Origin: Squalus acanthias
Taxonomy: Eukaryota
DNA: 64,000 bases
Assembly: GCA_030390025.1 (NCBI GenBank)
Contig: CM059441.1
Coordinates: 62,434,001-62,498,000 of the forward strand
Reading direction: 5' to 3'
Of the stretch, positions 63,829-64,000 are shown in pieces. A program made the position numbers and the translations under genes. Numbering within the stretch: position 1 is the stretch's first letter; the number at the start of each line of letters is the position of its first letter. The notes beneath the pieces are model-generated. The model did no database searches and was not told the origin of the DNA. It saw only the letters and a program-made list of their open reading frames with translations.

Positions 63829-64000
63829 CTCACACACACTCACTTATACACACTCATAGACACACTCACTCATACACACTCACTCACACACTCATGTATA
63901 CTCAAACAGTCACACACACTAATATACACACACTTACACATACACGCTCAGTCATAAGCACTCATGCACATAAACATTCACACACAAGATGCACAAATAC
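63829..64000. repeat. Degenerate (CA)n low-complexity tract
   Basis: Direct reading. Confidence 0.85.

Noticed and set aside
60220-64000. Signal-peptide exon of the Siglec-like gene
   Set aside because: No ATG plus hydrophobic leader with a phase-1 donor found in the non-repeat sequence; probably beyond the window.

Overview
Vertebrate genomic DNA, most likely from a cartilaginous fish (inferred from the repeat families and the MAG-like gene). Bases 1-33236 are a single, highly homogeneous 29-bp tandem satellite with a 200-N assembly gap. The rest (33.2-64 kb) is a repeat-dense region carrying a minus-strand, intron-split Siglec/MAG-like Ig receptor gene that I reconstructed from phase-compatible exons: V-set, C2, C2, MAG-D5-like, TM and cytoplasmic exons, with the signal-peptide exon not found in the window. 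Its sialic-acid-binding Arg is replaced by Tyr, exon D2 has a 1-nt frameshift, and its tail has YxxM/SH3-ligand motifs rather than an ITIM. The introns hold nested CR1/L2/other LINEs, tRNA-derived SINEs (two with expanded 33-bp minisatellites, in inverted orientation) and four PIF/Harbinger-type elements with 3-bp TSDs (two forming a ~2-kb inverted repeat). They also hold an antisense, 3'-truncated endogenous retrovirus (LTR, perfect tRNA-Gln PBS, gag MA, RT remnant, intact env TM ORF). The env SU of that retrovirus appears interrupted by the 3' end of a different envelope-bearing LTR element.
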